A DNA stretch of 64,000 nucleotides from an uncultured Bacillota bacterium (GTDB taxonomy: Bacteria > Sysuimicrobiota > Sysuimicrobiia > Sysuimicrobiales > Segetimicrobiaceae), in assembly GCA_963804645.1 (NCBI GenBank), contig CAWDRG010000009.1, positions 992,001 through 1,056,000 on the forward strand. Direction: 5' to 3'. This document shows, piece after piece, positions 10,192 to 19,960 of this stretch; the first letter of the stretch is position 1; the number at the start of each line of letters is the position of its first letter. The position numbers were made by a program, and so were the translations under genes. Under the pieces are notes generated by a model. The model was given only the letters and a program-made list of their open reading frames with translations. It had not been told where the DNA came from and made no database searches.

Positions 10192-11718
10192 ATGCCAACG
10201 CCTTCTGCACAACCCAATATCGTCTTCATCATGGCGGACGACATTGGCTGGTTCAACATCGGGGCCTATCATCAGGGCATGATGGCGGGCCGCACGCCGA
10301 ATCTCGACCGGCTGGCCGCTGAGGGGATCCGGTTCACCGACTACTACGCGGAAGCGAGCTGCACCGCGGGCCGCGCGCAGTTCATCACAGGGCAAATCCC
10401 GATCCGCACCGGCTTGACGACCGTCGGCCAGGCGGGCGCGAAGGTGGGCATGCCGGACGAAGCTCCCACGATCGCCGCCGCCTTGAAGTCGATGGGGTAC
10501 GCGACGGGACAGTTCGGCAAGAACCATCTGGGCGATCTGAACCAGTATCTGCCGACGCTCCACGGCTTCGACGAGTTCTTCGGGTATCTGTACCACCTCG
10601 ACGCGATGGAGGATCCGTCGCACAAGAACTACCCGCCCGCCCTCAAAGACAAGATCGGGCCGCGCAACATGGTGCACTGCTGGGCGACCGACAAGGATGA
10701 TCCGACCGTCGATCCGCGGTGGGGCAAGGTGGGCAAGCAGAAGATTGAGGACGCGGGCACGCTCTACCCGGATCGGATGACGACCGTCGATGATGAGATC
10801 CTCGCCCATGCGCTGAAGTTCATCGACGGCGCGAAGGCGAGCGGCAAGCCGTTTTTCTGCTGGCTCAACCCGACGCGGATGCACGTGAAGACGCATCTGT
10901 CCGAGAAATACAACAATCTACGCACGCCGGAGAACGGGTGGTCGATCCACGAGGCCGGCATGGCGCAGCTCGACGATATCGTCGGGTCGGTCATGAAGAA
11001 GCTCAAGGACGACGGCCTCGACGGCAACACGATCGTCGTGTTCACGACGGACAACGGGACGGAGAACTTCACGTGGCCGGACGGCGGACAGACGCCGTTC
11101 GCCGGCGGCAAGGGGACCGTGCTGGAAGGCGGCTTCCGCTCCCCGTGCATTGCGCGCTGGCCGGGCAAGATTCCGGCCGGCAGGGTCGAGAACGGGATCT
11201 TCTCGGGGCTAGACTGGTTCCCGACCTTCGTGTCCGCCGCGGGCAACCCGAACATTGTCGCGGAGCTCAAGCAGGGCAAGCAGTTCGGCGGCAAGACGTA
11301 CAAGGTCCACCTCGACGGCTACGATCAGACGAACCTCATCACGGGCAAGGGGCCGTCGAACCGGCACGAGGTCTTCTATTTTGCCGAAGGCACTCTGGGC
11401 GCGGTGCGCCTGAACGACTACAAGTACCGCTTCATCGACCAGCCGCAGGGATGGCTGGGCGGCACCGTCAAGGTGGATTGGCCGATCATCGTCAACCTCC
11501 GCCTGGATCCGTTCGAGCGCACCGGGATCTCCGGCTCTCTCGCGTTCTACAACTGGTTCGTGGACCAGTTCTGGCGATTCGTCCTCGTGCAACAGGTGGT
11601 CGCCATGGGGGCGCAGAGCTTCATCGAGTTTCCGCCGATGCAGAAGGGCGCGTCGTTCAACATGGAGGCGGTGAAGGAGCAGGTCGAAAAAGCGATCCTG
11701 GCACACCACGGGCAGTAG
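10192..11718 (+). CDS. Arylsulfatase (Cys-type, FGly-dependent)
   Basis: PNIVFIMADDIG, SCTAGRA (CxxxR), GYATGQFGKNHLG and TDNG; no evident signal peptide. Confidence 0.93.
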   Translation: MPTPSAQPNIVFIMADDIGWFNIGAYHQGMMAGRTPNLDRLAAEGIRFTDYYAEASCTAGRAQFITGQIPIRTGLTTVGQAGAKVGMPDEAPTIAAALKSMGYATGQFGKNHLGDLNQYLPTLHGFDEFFGYLYHLDAMEDPSHKNYPPALKDKIGPRNMVHCWATDKDDPTVDPRWGKVGKQKIEDAGTLYPDRMTTVDDEILAHALKFIDGAKASGKPFFCWLNPTRMHVKTHLSEKYNNLRTPENGWSIHEAGMAQLDDIVGSVMKKLKDDGLDGNTIVVFTTDNGTENFTWPDGGQTPFAGGKGTVLEGGFRSPCIARWPGKIPAGRVENGIFSGLDWFPTFVSAAGNPNIVAELKQGKQFGGKTYKVHLDGYDQTNLITGKGPSNRHEVFYFAEGTLGAVRLNDYKYRFIDQPQGWLGGTVKVDWPIIVNLRLDPFERTGISGSLAFYNWFVDQFWRFVLVQQVVAMGAQSFIEFPPMQKGASFNMEAVKEQVEKAILAHHGQ

Positions 11719-11926
11719 GCGTACGCGGATTGGATAGGCGCTGACATAGGGGGGGTGCTTCGCGGCGGCGGTGCCCGCGCGGAGCATCCCCTCGAGTCAC
11801 CAGTCGGCGCGGGGTAGGCGAGCCGCACCGGATCGTCTAGGTTCCGTCGCGACGTGGGTCGAACGGCGACATGGACGGCCCAGGGATCTGCAGGGGATCC
11901 CATCGAGACCACAAAGGAGATCAGCA

Positions 11927-12724
11927 ATGCGACAACAGGGCTTGCGGGCGCGCACGGTGGTGTGCGTCATCGCGGTAGTGAGTGCGGTGCTGGTGCTTGG
12001 TCTGCCGTTCACGGGGGTACGGGCCCAGGGAACCGTCGACCCCGATGCCGATCACACGTTGCGGGCGATGACGACCTATCTGGGACATCTCGGAGCGTTC
12101 AGCGTGGATTACGACGTGGACACGCAGGTGATCGATCACAGCGGCCAAAAACTAGACGTCACCAGTTCGGGGAGCGCGCTCATCCAGCGGCCCGGCAAGA
12201 TCTACGCGACCCGCAAGACCGGAGTCACCGATGCCGAGGTCTATCTCGACGGCGGGACGCTCACGCTGTACGGCAAGGTGAGGAACATGTACCTGCAAAT
12301 TGGACACCTCGGGACCATCGACGCGGCGATCGAGGCGGTACGCAGTCAGCTTGGGCTCGATTTGGCGGCCGCCGACCTGGTGTACACGGATCCGTACCCG
12401 GGCCTGATGACCGACGTGACAAGCGGCGTCGATCTTGGGTCCGACGTCGTTGGCGGCATCATGTGCGAGCATCTGGCGTTTCGGGCGGCCCAAGTCGACT
12501 GGCAGGTGTGGGTGCAGGCGGGGGCGAGGCCGCTCCCGATGAAGTATGTCATCACCAGCAAATGGGTGACCGGCGCGCCCCAATACATCGTGGACTTCCG
12601 CAATTGGAACAGTAGGCCGAACGTCGATCCGCAGCGGTTTGCGTTCACGCCGCCCCAAGGGTCCAGGAAGGTCGACACGATTCCCACGAACGTCATCGGC
12701 GAGATCGGGGAGGGTCAGCGGTGA
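11927..12724 (+). CDS. DUF2092 domain exported protein
   Basis: Signal peptide; CEHLAFR..VDWQVWV..PLPMKYVITSKW..APQY..FRNWN..FTPP pattern typical of DUF2092. Confidence 0.8.
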   Translation: MRQQGLRARTVVCVIAVVSAVLVLGLPFTGVRAQGTVDPDADHTLRAMTTYLGHLGAFSVDYDVDTQVIDHSGQKLDVTSSGSALIQRPGKIYATRKTGVTDAEVYLDGGTLTLYGKVRNMYLQIGHLGTIDAAIEAVRSQLGLDLAAADLVYTDPYPGLMTDVTSGVDLGSDVVGGIMCEHLAFRAAQVDWQVWVQAGARPLPMKYVITSKWVTGAPQYIVDFRNWNSRPNVDPQRFAFTPPQGSRKVDTIPTNVIGEIGEGQR

Positions 12725-13053
12725 TCACAAACTCGAAGGGCTGGACCGTCGCGTGTGCGATCGGAGCGGCCGCGGTCGGGCTGCTCGTCGCGAGCAATCC
12801 CGGCGCGCTGTTCCTGGACGGGTCGCTGGTGTCCAAGGCGGAGGCGGTCGTCGGGATGCCCCTGACGCCGGTCAGCGTGGCCGGCGTGGCGCGCCGGACG
12901 ACGCGGCGCACCATCGCGCGCTCATCCATTTACGTCAACAGCCTGCCAACCGCGTGCGTGCAGACCAACATCAACGGCACGCTGCTGTATCAGTGCGGCG
13001 CGACGTACTACCAACCGTACGGGACGCAGTACGTCGTCGTGTACGTCAACTGA
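12721..13053 (+). CDS. Small conserved hypothetical exported protein (PLTPVSVAGVARRTTRR motif)
   Basis: GTGA-coupled to DUF2092; hydrophobic N-terminus, Arg-rich motif, and a Cys pair in a Tyr-rich C-terminus. Confidence 0.7.
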   Translation: MITNSKGWTVACAIGAAAVGLLVASNPGALFLDGSLVSKAEAVVGMPLTPVSVAGVARRTTRRTIARSSIYVNSLPTACVQTNINGTLLYQCGATYYQPYGTQYVVVYVN

Positions 13054-13272
13054 ACGGGGCGGCGGAGTTCGCGATCGGGGGTCGCTGACGGGGATGTGAC
13101 GTGCGGCGCGCGCCGGACGCCGTGGGATCCGGCGGGCGCCGCGGTCGAGCGTACGCTTCATGGCGTCGGGCGCGTTGTACAGACGGCCCCAGTCGTCGAG
13201 CGCGGCGGGCTCACGCGAGCGGCCGTCCGCGGTGAAACCCGGGAGCGGGCACACGTCCGGGGTTGAGAGAAG

Positions 13273-13944
13273 ATGCAGACGGAGGGGCGAATGCGCACGG
13301 GTCCGGCATCGAGCGATCGGTTCGACACGGAGAGCGTCCACAATCTGAGCGGCGCCGTGTTCGCATTCGCGATGACCCTGCTCATTCTCAATCTGGTCGT
13401 GCCGGTCATCCCGAAGGGCGCGCCCAATTCGGCCCTGGCGAGTGCGCTGCTCACCCTGTGGCCCCACGTCGCGACGTACGTGATCAGTTTTGGGTTGATC
13501 GCCAGCTATTGGGTCATGCACCGAAGGATGTTTACCTTCATTCGGGCCGCCGATCGAACGTTTCTCTGGATGAATTTGTACTTCCTGATGTTCATCGCGT
13601 TCATGCCGTTCGCGGCGAATCTGATGGGGACGTATCCTCGGTACCGGGTGGCCTTGCTCACGTACGCGGGCACGGCCCTCGTGACCCTGCTGATTCAGAC
13701 CGCGGAATGGCGGTACGCGAAAGTGCGCGGCTTGGTCGATCCCGATCTTGACCCCCGGTGGGCTGTACATCTGGACTGGAGGCTCCGGGGGGGGATCGGT
13801 CTCGTCCTCGTGTGCATCGGTGTGTCGTTTTTCGATACGCTCGTGAGTCTGTTCACCCTCATTCTCATGCCTGTCTTGAGCCTGTGGCCGGCCCACCCAC
13901 ATCTCCGGGACCCGATGGCGGCGTCCCGCGAACGAACGGTGTGA
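13273..13944 (+). CDS. TMEM175 (DUF1211) family potassium channel-like protein
   Basis: AVFAFAMTLL, YVISF..I..YW..H.R.F and LW.NL.FL..I.F.PF motifs; the RxxxFSD signature is degenerate. Confidence 0.8.
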   Translation: MQTEGRMRTGPASSDRFDTESVHNLSGAVFAFAMTLLILNLVVPVIPKGAPNSALASALLTLWPHVATYVISFGLIASYWVMHRRMFTFIRAADRTFLWMNLYFLMFIAFMPFAANLMGTYPRYRVALLTYAGTALVTLLIQTAEWRYAKVRGLVDPDLDPRWAVHLDWRLRGGIGLVLVCIGVSFFDTLVSLFTLILMPVLSLWPAHPHLRDPMAASRERTV

Positions 13945-14066
13945 GCCTGCCGCGCGCGATGGACGACGGGATCATGTTGGCCCTCGCGGTCGCGGGGGTC
14001 ACGGCGCGTCCGCGAGACTCGGGGCGGCGGTCACGCGGCGGGCCTCCCGCCCGACGGTGCGGCGCG

Positions 14067-15419
14067 CTACGGCCGCGGCGCGCCGCGGCCCTCGGTGTGC
14101 GCGCTTGCGGCGACACGTGCCGCCGGCGTCTGGACGGTCCCGCGGTTGAGATTCGACTGCGCCTCCCGGGTGGTTCCGAGCGGTCCGTTGACCGTCCAGT
14201 AGCGCGTCCCCGCCACGAGCAGCGCCTCCGCCGGGAACCGCGTGATCACCTCGCATCCGTCCTTCGTGACGACGAGCTGCTCTTCGATGCGCGCAGCCGA
14301 CCAGCCGTCCGACGCCGGCCAAAACGTCTCGAGGGCGAACACCATCCCTTCCTCGATCACCTCGGGATGATCGAACGAAACCAGCCGGCTGAAGATCGGC
14401 TTCTCCCAGATCGACAGGCCCACGCCGTGGCCGTACTGCAGCGCGAACGCCGCCTCTTCGTCGGCGAACCCGAACTCCTCGGCTTTCGGCCACACCGACA
14501 CCACCTGGGCCGTCGTGACGCCCGGACGGATCAGGCTCAGCGCCGCGTCGAGGTAGTCGCGGCACCGGCGGTACGCGTCCACCATCGCCGGCGACGCGCT
14601 GCCCACGCAGAACGTCCGGTAATAGCAGGTCCGGTAGCCGTTATAGGCGTGCAGGATGTCGAAGTACGCCGGGTCCCCGGGGCGCAGCACGCGGTCGGTG
14701 TAGACGTGCGGGTGCGGGCTGCACCGCTCGCCGGAGATCGCGTTGACGCCCTCGACGTGCTCGGATCCCAGATCGTACAGCACTTTCGCGACGAGGCCGA
14801 CGCATTCGTTTTCCCGCATCCCGGGCCGCAGCGCCTGGTAGAGCGCGTCGTACGCCGCGTCGACCATCATCACCGCGGTCGTGATCAGGGTAATCTCGTC
14901 CTGGGTCTTGATCTTGCGGACCTCCTGCATCAGGCTCTGCCCGTCGACGACGCGCACGCCCGCCCGCTGCAGCGCAAATAGGACCTGCGGCTCCACGATG
15001 TCCACGCCGACCGGCGCGTCCTCGAGCCCGCGCGCCGCGAGCTCGGTCTTGATCTTCCGGGCGACGTCCTCCGCGCTCTCGGGGTACGCGCCGCGCAGCG
15101 TCGAGATGCCGGCGCGCGACCGCTCACCCAGCCACGGGCAGTAGAGTTGGTGGTGGCGCGCCGCGGACCCGAAGTCCCAGAGGATCGGCACATCGCCCCG
15201 CGGCAGCAGCGCGAACCGGACGAGCTTGTCCATCGCCCACGTGCCGATGTGGGTCGCGGTGATGTACCGGATATTGTTCATGTCGAAGCAGAGGAGCGCG
15301 CCGAGCTCCGACGCCGCGAGCATGCGTGTGACCCGCGCCAGACGCTCGGTCCGGAGCCGCTCGTAGTTGACGCGCTCCTCCCAGTCGACCGTCTGCAGCC
15401 CGAACGTCTTGATGCCCAT
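14067..15419 (-). CDS. M24 family (Xaa-Pro peptidase/creatinase-like) protein
   Basis: Creatinase-like N-terminus; IKTQDEI, GHGVGL, FALET and RIEEQLVVT motifs. Confidence 0.88.
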   Translation of the reverse strand: MGIKTFGLQTVDWEERVNYERLRTERLARVTRMLAASELGALLCFDMNNIRYITATHIGTWAMDKLVRFALLPRGDVPILWDFGSAARHHQLYCPWLGERSRAGISTLRGAYPESAEDVARKIKTELAARGLEDAPVGVDIVEPQVLFALQRAGVRVVDGQSLMQEVRKIKTQDEITLITTAVMMVDAAYDALYQALRPGMRENECVGLVAKVLYDLGSEHVEGVNAISGERCSPHPHVYTDRVLRPGDPAYFDILHAYNGYRTCYYRTFCVGSASPAMVDAYRRCRDYLDAALSLIRPGVTTAQVVSVWPKAEEFGFADEEAAFALQYGHGVGLSIWEKPIFSRLVSFDHPEVIEEGMVFALETFWPASDGWSAARIEEQLVVTKDGCEVITRFPAEALLVAGTRYWTVNGPLGTTREAQSNLNRGTVQTPAARVAASAHTEGRGAPRP

Positions 15420-15515
15420 CGCGTGGTCCCTCCCGTGTGATGTGGCTCTGGCGCCCGTTCGGCGCCGGGCGGCGGCGGTCCCTGCGCTCGCCCGCGGCCG
15501 TCGTGCGCGGGCTGC

Positions 15516-16421
15516 CTATCCGGCCCGGTCGGACTCGGGTTCGGGGCGCGGGCTCGACAGGCGCACCAGGACCTCGAACAGGGCGGCGAAGTCCTGTTCG
15601 GCCAGTCCCATCGCCCGCGCGGCGGTGAGTAGCTCGTTGGTGGCTGCGGTGGTCGGGAGGGGAACCCTGAGCGTTCGTCCCATCTCGAGCGCGAGCAGCA
15701 TGTCCTTCTGCATCATGGTGCAGTCAAACCAGGCGTCCTCCGGCATCTGGAGGACGAACGGCCCGCGGTACTTCAACATCGGAGAGGCGATGACGCTGTT
15801 CAGCAACACGTGCGCGGCCGTCTTCCGGTCGATACCGCCGCGCTCCGCCAGCAGCACGCTCTCGCTGAACGCGAGCATCTGCACGGCGAGGCTGAGATTG
15901 GTCGCGACCTTCATCAGCACCGCCTGGCCGTTGCCGCCGACGTGGGTGACGACGGGTCCGATGTCCAGGAGGATCTGCCGGACGCGCTCGACCGCGGCCG
16001 CGGGCCCGCCCACCATCACCGACAGGCGTCCCTCCTCGAGGGTCGCGACGCTGCCGGAGACCGGCGCGTCCAGCATCTCCGCGCCGCGTTCCCGGACTCG
16101 CTCGGCCAGCGCCCGGCTGGCGGCGGGGCTGACCGTGCTCATGTCGACGAGGGTCTTCCCCGGGCCGAGGCCGGCGAGGATCCCGTCGGGTCCGTCCGTC
16201 ACCGCGTGCAGCGCGGACGTGTCGGTCACCATCGACAAGGTGACCTCCGCGCCCGCGGCGACCGCCCGGGGGCTTGACTCGAGCCGCATGCCGGCGGCGA
16301 CGAGCCATTGGGCCTTCGCCGCCGTCCGGTTGTATCCCGAGACCGGGTGGCCGGCGTCCAGCAGCCGCTTGGCGATCCGCCCGCCCATCACTCCGAGCCC
16401 CACGAATCCAAGGGTTGTCAC
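15516..16421 (-). CDS. NAD(P)-dependent oxidoreductase, 3-hydroxyisobutyrate dehydrogenase family
   Basis: GFVGLGVMG, YNRT, DMSTVSP, DAPVSGS, K..N and QKD motifs; GGAGG RBS before the GTG at 16421. Confidence 0.9.
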   Translation of the reverse strand: MTTLGFVGLGVMGGRIAKRLLDAGHPVSGYNRTAAKAQWLVAAGMRLESSPRAVAAGAEVTLSMVTDTSALHAVTDGPDGILAGLGPGKTLVDMSTVSPAASRALAERVRERGAEMLDAPVSGSVATLEEGRLSVMVGGPAAAVERVRQILLDIGPVVTHVGGNGQAVLMKVATNLSLAVQMLAFSESVLLAERGGIDRKTAAHVLLNSVIASPMLKYRGPFVLQMPEDAWFDCTMMQKDMLLALEMGRTLRVPLPTTAATNELLTAARAMGLAEQDFAALFEVLVRLSSPRPEPESDRAG

Positions 16422-16444
16422 GTGCGCCTCCTCCGGCCGCGTTC

Positions 16445-17275
16445 TCAGCGGCTCCCGCGCGACAGACGCGGATCCAGCACGTCGCGCGCCGCGTCCCCGA
16501 CGATGTTGAGACAGAGGACGACCAGCGTAATGGCGAGACCGGGGAACACGCTGAGCCACCAGCCGTGCGGAAAGTACTTCTGGGCGTCCGCCAGCATCGC
16601 GCCCCATTCGGGCGAGGGTGGCTGGGCGCCGAGGCCAATGAAGCTCAGCCCGGCCGCGGTGAGAATGATCGTCCCGATGTCGAGCGTGGCGAGCGCGAGC
16701 ACCGGCGGCAGGGCGTTCGGCACGATGTACCGCAGTGCGATCCAGACGGTCGGCAGCCCGACCGCCACCGCGCCCTGCACGTAGTCGCGCTGCCGGATGC
16801 CGAGCGTCACCCCGCGCACGAACCGCGCCACGCCCGGCGTCCCCCCGATCCCGAGCGCGATCATGACGTTGAAGAGCCCGGGCCCGAGCAGCGCGACGAC
16901 GAACAGCGCGAGAATCAGTCCCGGCATCCCGAGCATGATATCGGTCAGCCGCATCACGACCAGATCCAGCCACCCGCCGGCGTACCCCGCCGCCACACCG
17001 ACCGCGGTCCCGAACGCGAACTCGATCGCGACGGCGACGAGCCCGACGGTGAGCGACAGGCGGCCCCCGTACAGCATCCGGGCCCACACGTCGCGCCCCA
17101 TGCCGTCGGTGCCCAGCAGGTGGGCGGACGACGGCGCGTGCAGCCGAAACGGGATGTTCATGACGAGCGGGCTGATCCGGGCGAGCTCCGGCGCCCCGAT
17201 CGCGCTCAGCACGATGACGGCCAGGATGACGGCGGCGACCCGCGTGGTGCGTCCGGTGTTCCAGAAGCGCGTCAC
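16445..17275 (-). CDS. Peptide/nickel ABC permease (DppC/OppC-like)
   Basis: HLLGTDGMGRD, GLSFIGLG..PP.PEWG and NIVGDAARDVLDP. Confidence 0.92.
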   Translation of the reverse strand: MTRFWNTGRTTRVAAVILAVIVLSAIGAPELARISPLVMNIPFRLHAPSSAHLLGTDGMGRDVWARMLYGGRLSLTVGLVAVAIEFAFGTAVGVAAGYAGGWLDLVVMRLTDIMLGMPGLILALFVVALLGPGLFNVMIALGIGGTPGVARFVRGVTLGIRQRDYVQGAVAVGLPTVWIALRYIVPNALPPVLALATLDIGTIILTAAGLSFIGLGAQPPSPEWGAMLADAQKYFPHGWWLSVFPGLAITLVVLCLNIVGDAARDVLDPRLSRGSR

Positions 17276-17285
17276 GCCGGGTCCT

Positions 17286-18203
17286 CTAGTCGAATCGCAC
17301 GCGGGGATCCGTCAGCGAGTACGAGAGGTCGACGAGCAGGTTCAGGATGAGAAACACCGTGGACGTGTAGAGCACGATGCCCTGGATGAGCGGGTAGTCG
17401 CGGGCGAAGATCGCCTGCACGGCGAGCGTGCCGATGCCGGGCCGGGAAAACACCTGCTCGACGATGATCGCGCCGCCCAGCAGGCTGCCGAACGACAGCC
17501 CGACGATGGTCACGATCGGATTGAGCGCGTTGCGCAGCGCGTGGCGGAGCAGCACGATGCGCTCACCGAGCCCTTTCGCGCGAGCCGTCCGGATGTACTC
17601 GGTCCGCAGGACTTCGAGCATGCCCGCCCGGGTCACGCGCGCTACGACCGGCGCGCCCGTCGCGGCGAGCACCGCGGCGGGCATCACCATCGACTGCCAT
17701 CCCACGGCACCCGCGACGGGCAGCCATCCGAGATCGACCGAGAACAGGTAAATCATGAGGATGCCCAGCCAAAAGCCGGGCACCGACAGGAACAGGAGCG
17801 ACCCGATCAGCAGGGCGCGGTCGACCGACGAGCCTTGGCGCACCGCGGCGATGATGCCGGTCACGAGCCCGACCAGCGTGCCGAGGCCGAGCCCCGTCAG
17901 CGCGAGCTCGAGCGTGTACGGGAACCGCTGGGCGAGAATCGGCCCGACGGGCGTGTGCGACTGCCACGAGTCTCCGAAGTCGCCCCGCGCGGCGTGCGAC
18001 AAGAAGTCGCCGAGCTGCACGAGCAGCGGCCGGTCCAGGCCCAATTGGTGGTGGACCAACTGGAGGGAGGCGACGCTCATCGCGCCCCCGCCGTACAGCG
18101 CCTGGGCCGGATCGCCGCCGATCATGCGCATCAACGCGAAGGTGAGGACCGCGACGCCGAGCCACACCGGGACGAACAACGCCAGGCGCCTGAGCGCGTA
18201 CAT
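17286..18203 (-). CDS. Peptide/nickel ABC permease (DppB/OppB-like)
   Basis: GLDRP, GDFG, YIRTARAKGL, HALRNA, RDYPLIQG and DPR. Confidence 0.92.
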   Translation of the reverse strand: MYALRRLALFVPVWLGVAVLTFALMRMIGGDPAQALYGGGAMSVASLQLVHHQLGLDRPLLVQLGDFLSHAARGDFGDSWQSHTPVGPILAQRFPYTLELALTGLGLGTLVGLVTGIIAAVRQGSSVDRALLIGSLLFLSVPGFWLGILMIYLFSVDLGWLPVAGAVGWQSMVMPAAVLAATGAPVVARVTRAGMLEVLRTEYIRTARAKGLGERIVLLRHALRNALNPIVTIVGLSFGSLLGGAIIVEQVFSRPGIGTLAVQAIFARDYPLIQGIVLYTSTVFLILNLLVDLSYSLTDPRVRFD

Positions 18204-18207
18204 GCCG

Positions 18208-19932
18208 TCAGGCCGCGCCGCGCGGCACGACCGGGATCAGCAGATGGCTCGCGTGATCGCGATCGTGCAGCACGGCCTGCGCGGCGGGCCGCGCGACCGC
18301 GTCATCTCCCGGCGGCGCGCCGGTGTTTGGGTTGCGGTCGTAGGCGGGCCAGCGCGCCGACATCACGGCCACCCGGACGCGGTGGCCGGGCAGAAACACG
18401 TTGCTGATTGCGACGAGCTCGATGCGGTACGTGTACGGGCGGCCGGGCTCGAGCGGAGTCGGGTCGGGGTGGCCCGAGTCGTTGCGGTACGACGCGCGGA
18501 CGATGCCGTCGCACAACGCCAGGCTGGGGCCGTCCGGCGCGACGTCGTAGAGGGTGGCGGCGAAGTCCGTGTCCGGCGCGTCCGTGGTCGCCTCGAGGGC
18601 GACGACCGGATGTCCCGTCACCTCGAGCGGCTCTGTGAGCGGCGCCGAGGTGTAGACGAGCACGTCCTCGCGCCCGAGCAGCCACCGCTGGTCCAACCGG
18701 ACCTCCGGAGGGAACCCTTCCAGGACCTCGCTCGACGGGGTCGGCGCGTCCGGGTCGTACGTGTAGCGGTCGGGCGGCTCGCCCGCGGGCGGCGCGGCCG
18801 GTTCGAGCCGGCCGTCTCCCCCGGCCGTGTTCGCGCGGCCGCCGCTGCGCAGGTACCAGCGCTCGGCGACCGCCGCCGGCGGCGGCCACGTCGGATCGTC
18901 CCGCCAGCGGTTCTCCCCCATGAGAAAAATCCGGCTGCGGCAGCCGGGCGCGAAGTCCGTCGGCGCCGCGCCCTGGCCCTTGAGCCAGTAGTCGAACCAG
19001 CGGAGGTGGATCGCGTTCATGTCGAGCACCGCGGCGTCCCCGAACTCGAGCTCGCCGTGCCGCGGCTCCGGCGACCGCGTGCCGGCGTGGTCCCAGGGTC
19101 CGGACAGCAGGAACTGCCGGTCGCGGGCGGGCGAGTGCGCGGCCATCTGATGCCAGTAGTACAGCTGTCCGAGCTGGTCTCCGTCGAACCAGCCGGTGAT
19201 GTGCAGCACCGGCAGGTCGACCAGGGCGAAGCGACCGAGCATGCCCATCCGCTGCCAGTAGTCGTCGAGCGTCGGATGCGCGAGCCACACGCGCCACTCC
19301 GTGTTGAGGCGGCCGGCCGCGAGATCGACGTCCTTGGACGGCCGCGCGCGGACGACGCGCGCCCAGTCGATCAGCTCCGGCGGCTGCACGGTCCGGCCGC
19401 CCACCATGTTCAGCCACCACATGGCCCACGGCGGGCGCAGCTTGCCGTGCCGGTAGGGCAGCTCCTCCATCAGGCGTCCCGCCGCCGCGGTGCTGACGAG
19501 CGTCGTGAGGTGCGGCGGGCCCTCGCGCGCCGCCAGCCACTGCACGAGTCCCCCGTAGGAGCCGCCCATCATCCCGACCCGGCCGTTCGACCAGGGCTGC
19601 CGCGCGATCCACTCGACGGTGTCGTACCCGTCCTCGGCCTCGTTGATGAAGGGGTGCCATCCGCCGTCGGAGTCTCCTCGGCCGCGGACGTCCTGGCTGA
19701 CGAAGGCATAGCCGCGGGCGGCGAAATACTGCGCGACCTCTACCCAGTAGAACCGCGGGTTCTGGCGCCGGCCGTTGTCGTACGGCGTCCGCTGCAGGAT
19801 CGCCGGCCGCGGCGCCGGCCCGCTCCCGGGCGCATCCGGCAGGTACAGATCCACCGAGAGCTCGACGCCGTCGCGCATCGGCACGCGCACGTCGAGCTCG
19901 ACCCGCACCGGCGCGAGCGGGTCCGGGTTCAT
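18208..19932 (-). CDS. CocE/NonD family serine hydrolase
   Basis: VPMRDGV.L, RTPY, QDVRGRGDS.G, GGSYGG nucleophile, GWFD and GPWDH; C-terminal jelly-roll region. Confidence 0.92.
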   Translation of the reverse strand: MNPDPLAPVRVELDVRVPMRDGVELSVDLYLPDAPGSGPAPRPAILQRTPYDNGRRQNPRFYWVEVAQYFAARGYAFVSQDVRGRGDSDGGWHPFINEAEDGYDTVEWIARQPWSNGRVGMMGGSYGGLVQWLAAREGPPHLTTLVSTAAAGRLMEELPYRHGKLRPPWAMWWLNMVGGRTVQPPELIDWARVVRARPSKDVDLAAGRLNTEWRVWLAHPTLDDYWQRMGMLGRFALVDLPVLHITGWFDGDQLGQLYYWHQMAAHSPARDRQFLLSGPWDHAGTRSPEPRHGELEFGDAAVLDMNAIHLRWFDYWLKGQGAAPTDFAPGCRSRIFLMGENRWRDDPTWPPPAAVAERWYLRSGGRANTAGGDGRLEPAAPPAGEPPDRYTYDPDAPTPSSEVLEGFPPEVRLDQRWLLGREDVLVYTSAPLTEPLEVTGHPVVALEATTDAPDTDFAATLYDVAPDGPSLALCDGIVRASYRNDSGHPDPTPLEPGRPYTYRIELVAISNVFLPGHRVRVAVMSARWPAYDRNPNTGAPPGDDAVARPAAQAVLHDRDHASHLLIPVVPRGAA

Positions 19933-19960
19933 CCCCGTCCTCCCGCCGCGCGGCCGCGGA

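Noticed and set aside
13054..13272. Cation or cyclic-dinucleotide riboswitch upstream of TMEM175
   Set aside because: I could not match the consensus elements of ydaO, GEMM or nhaA motifs by eye.
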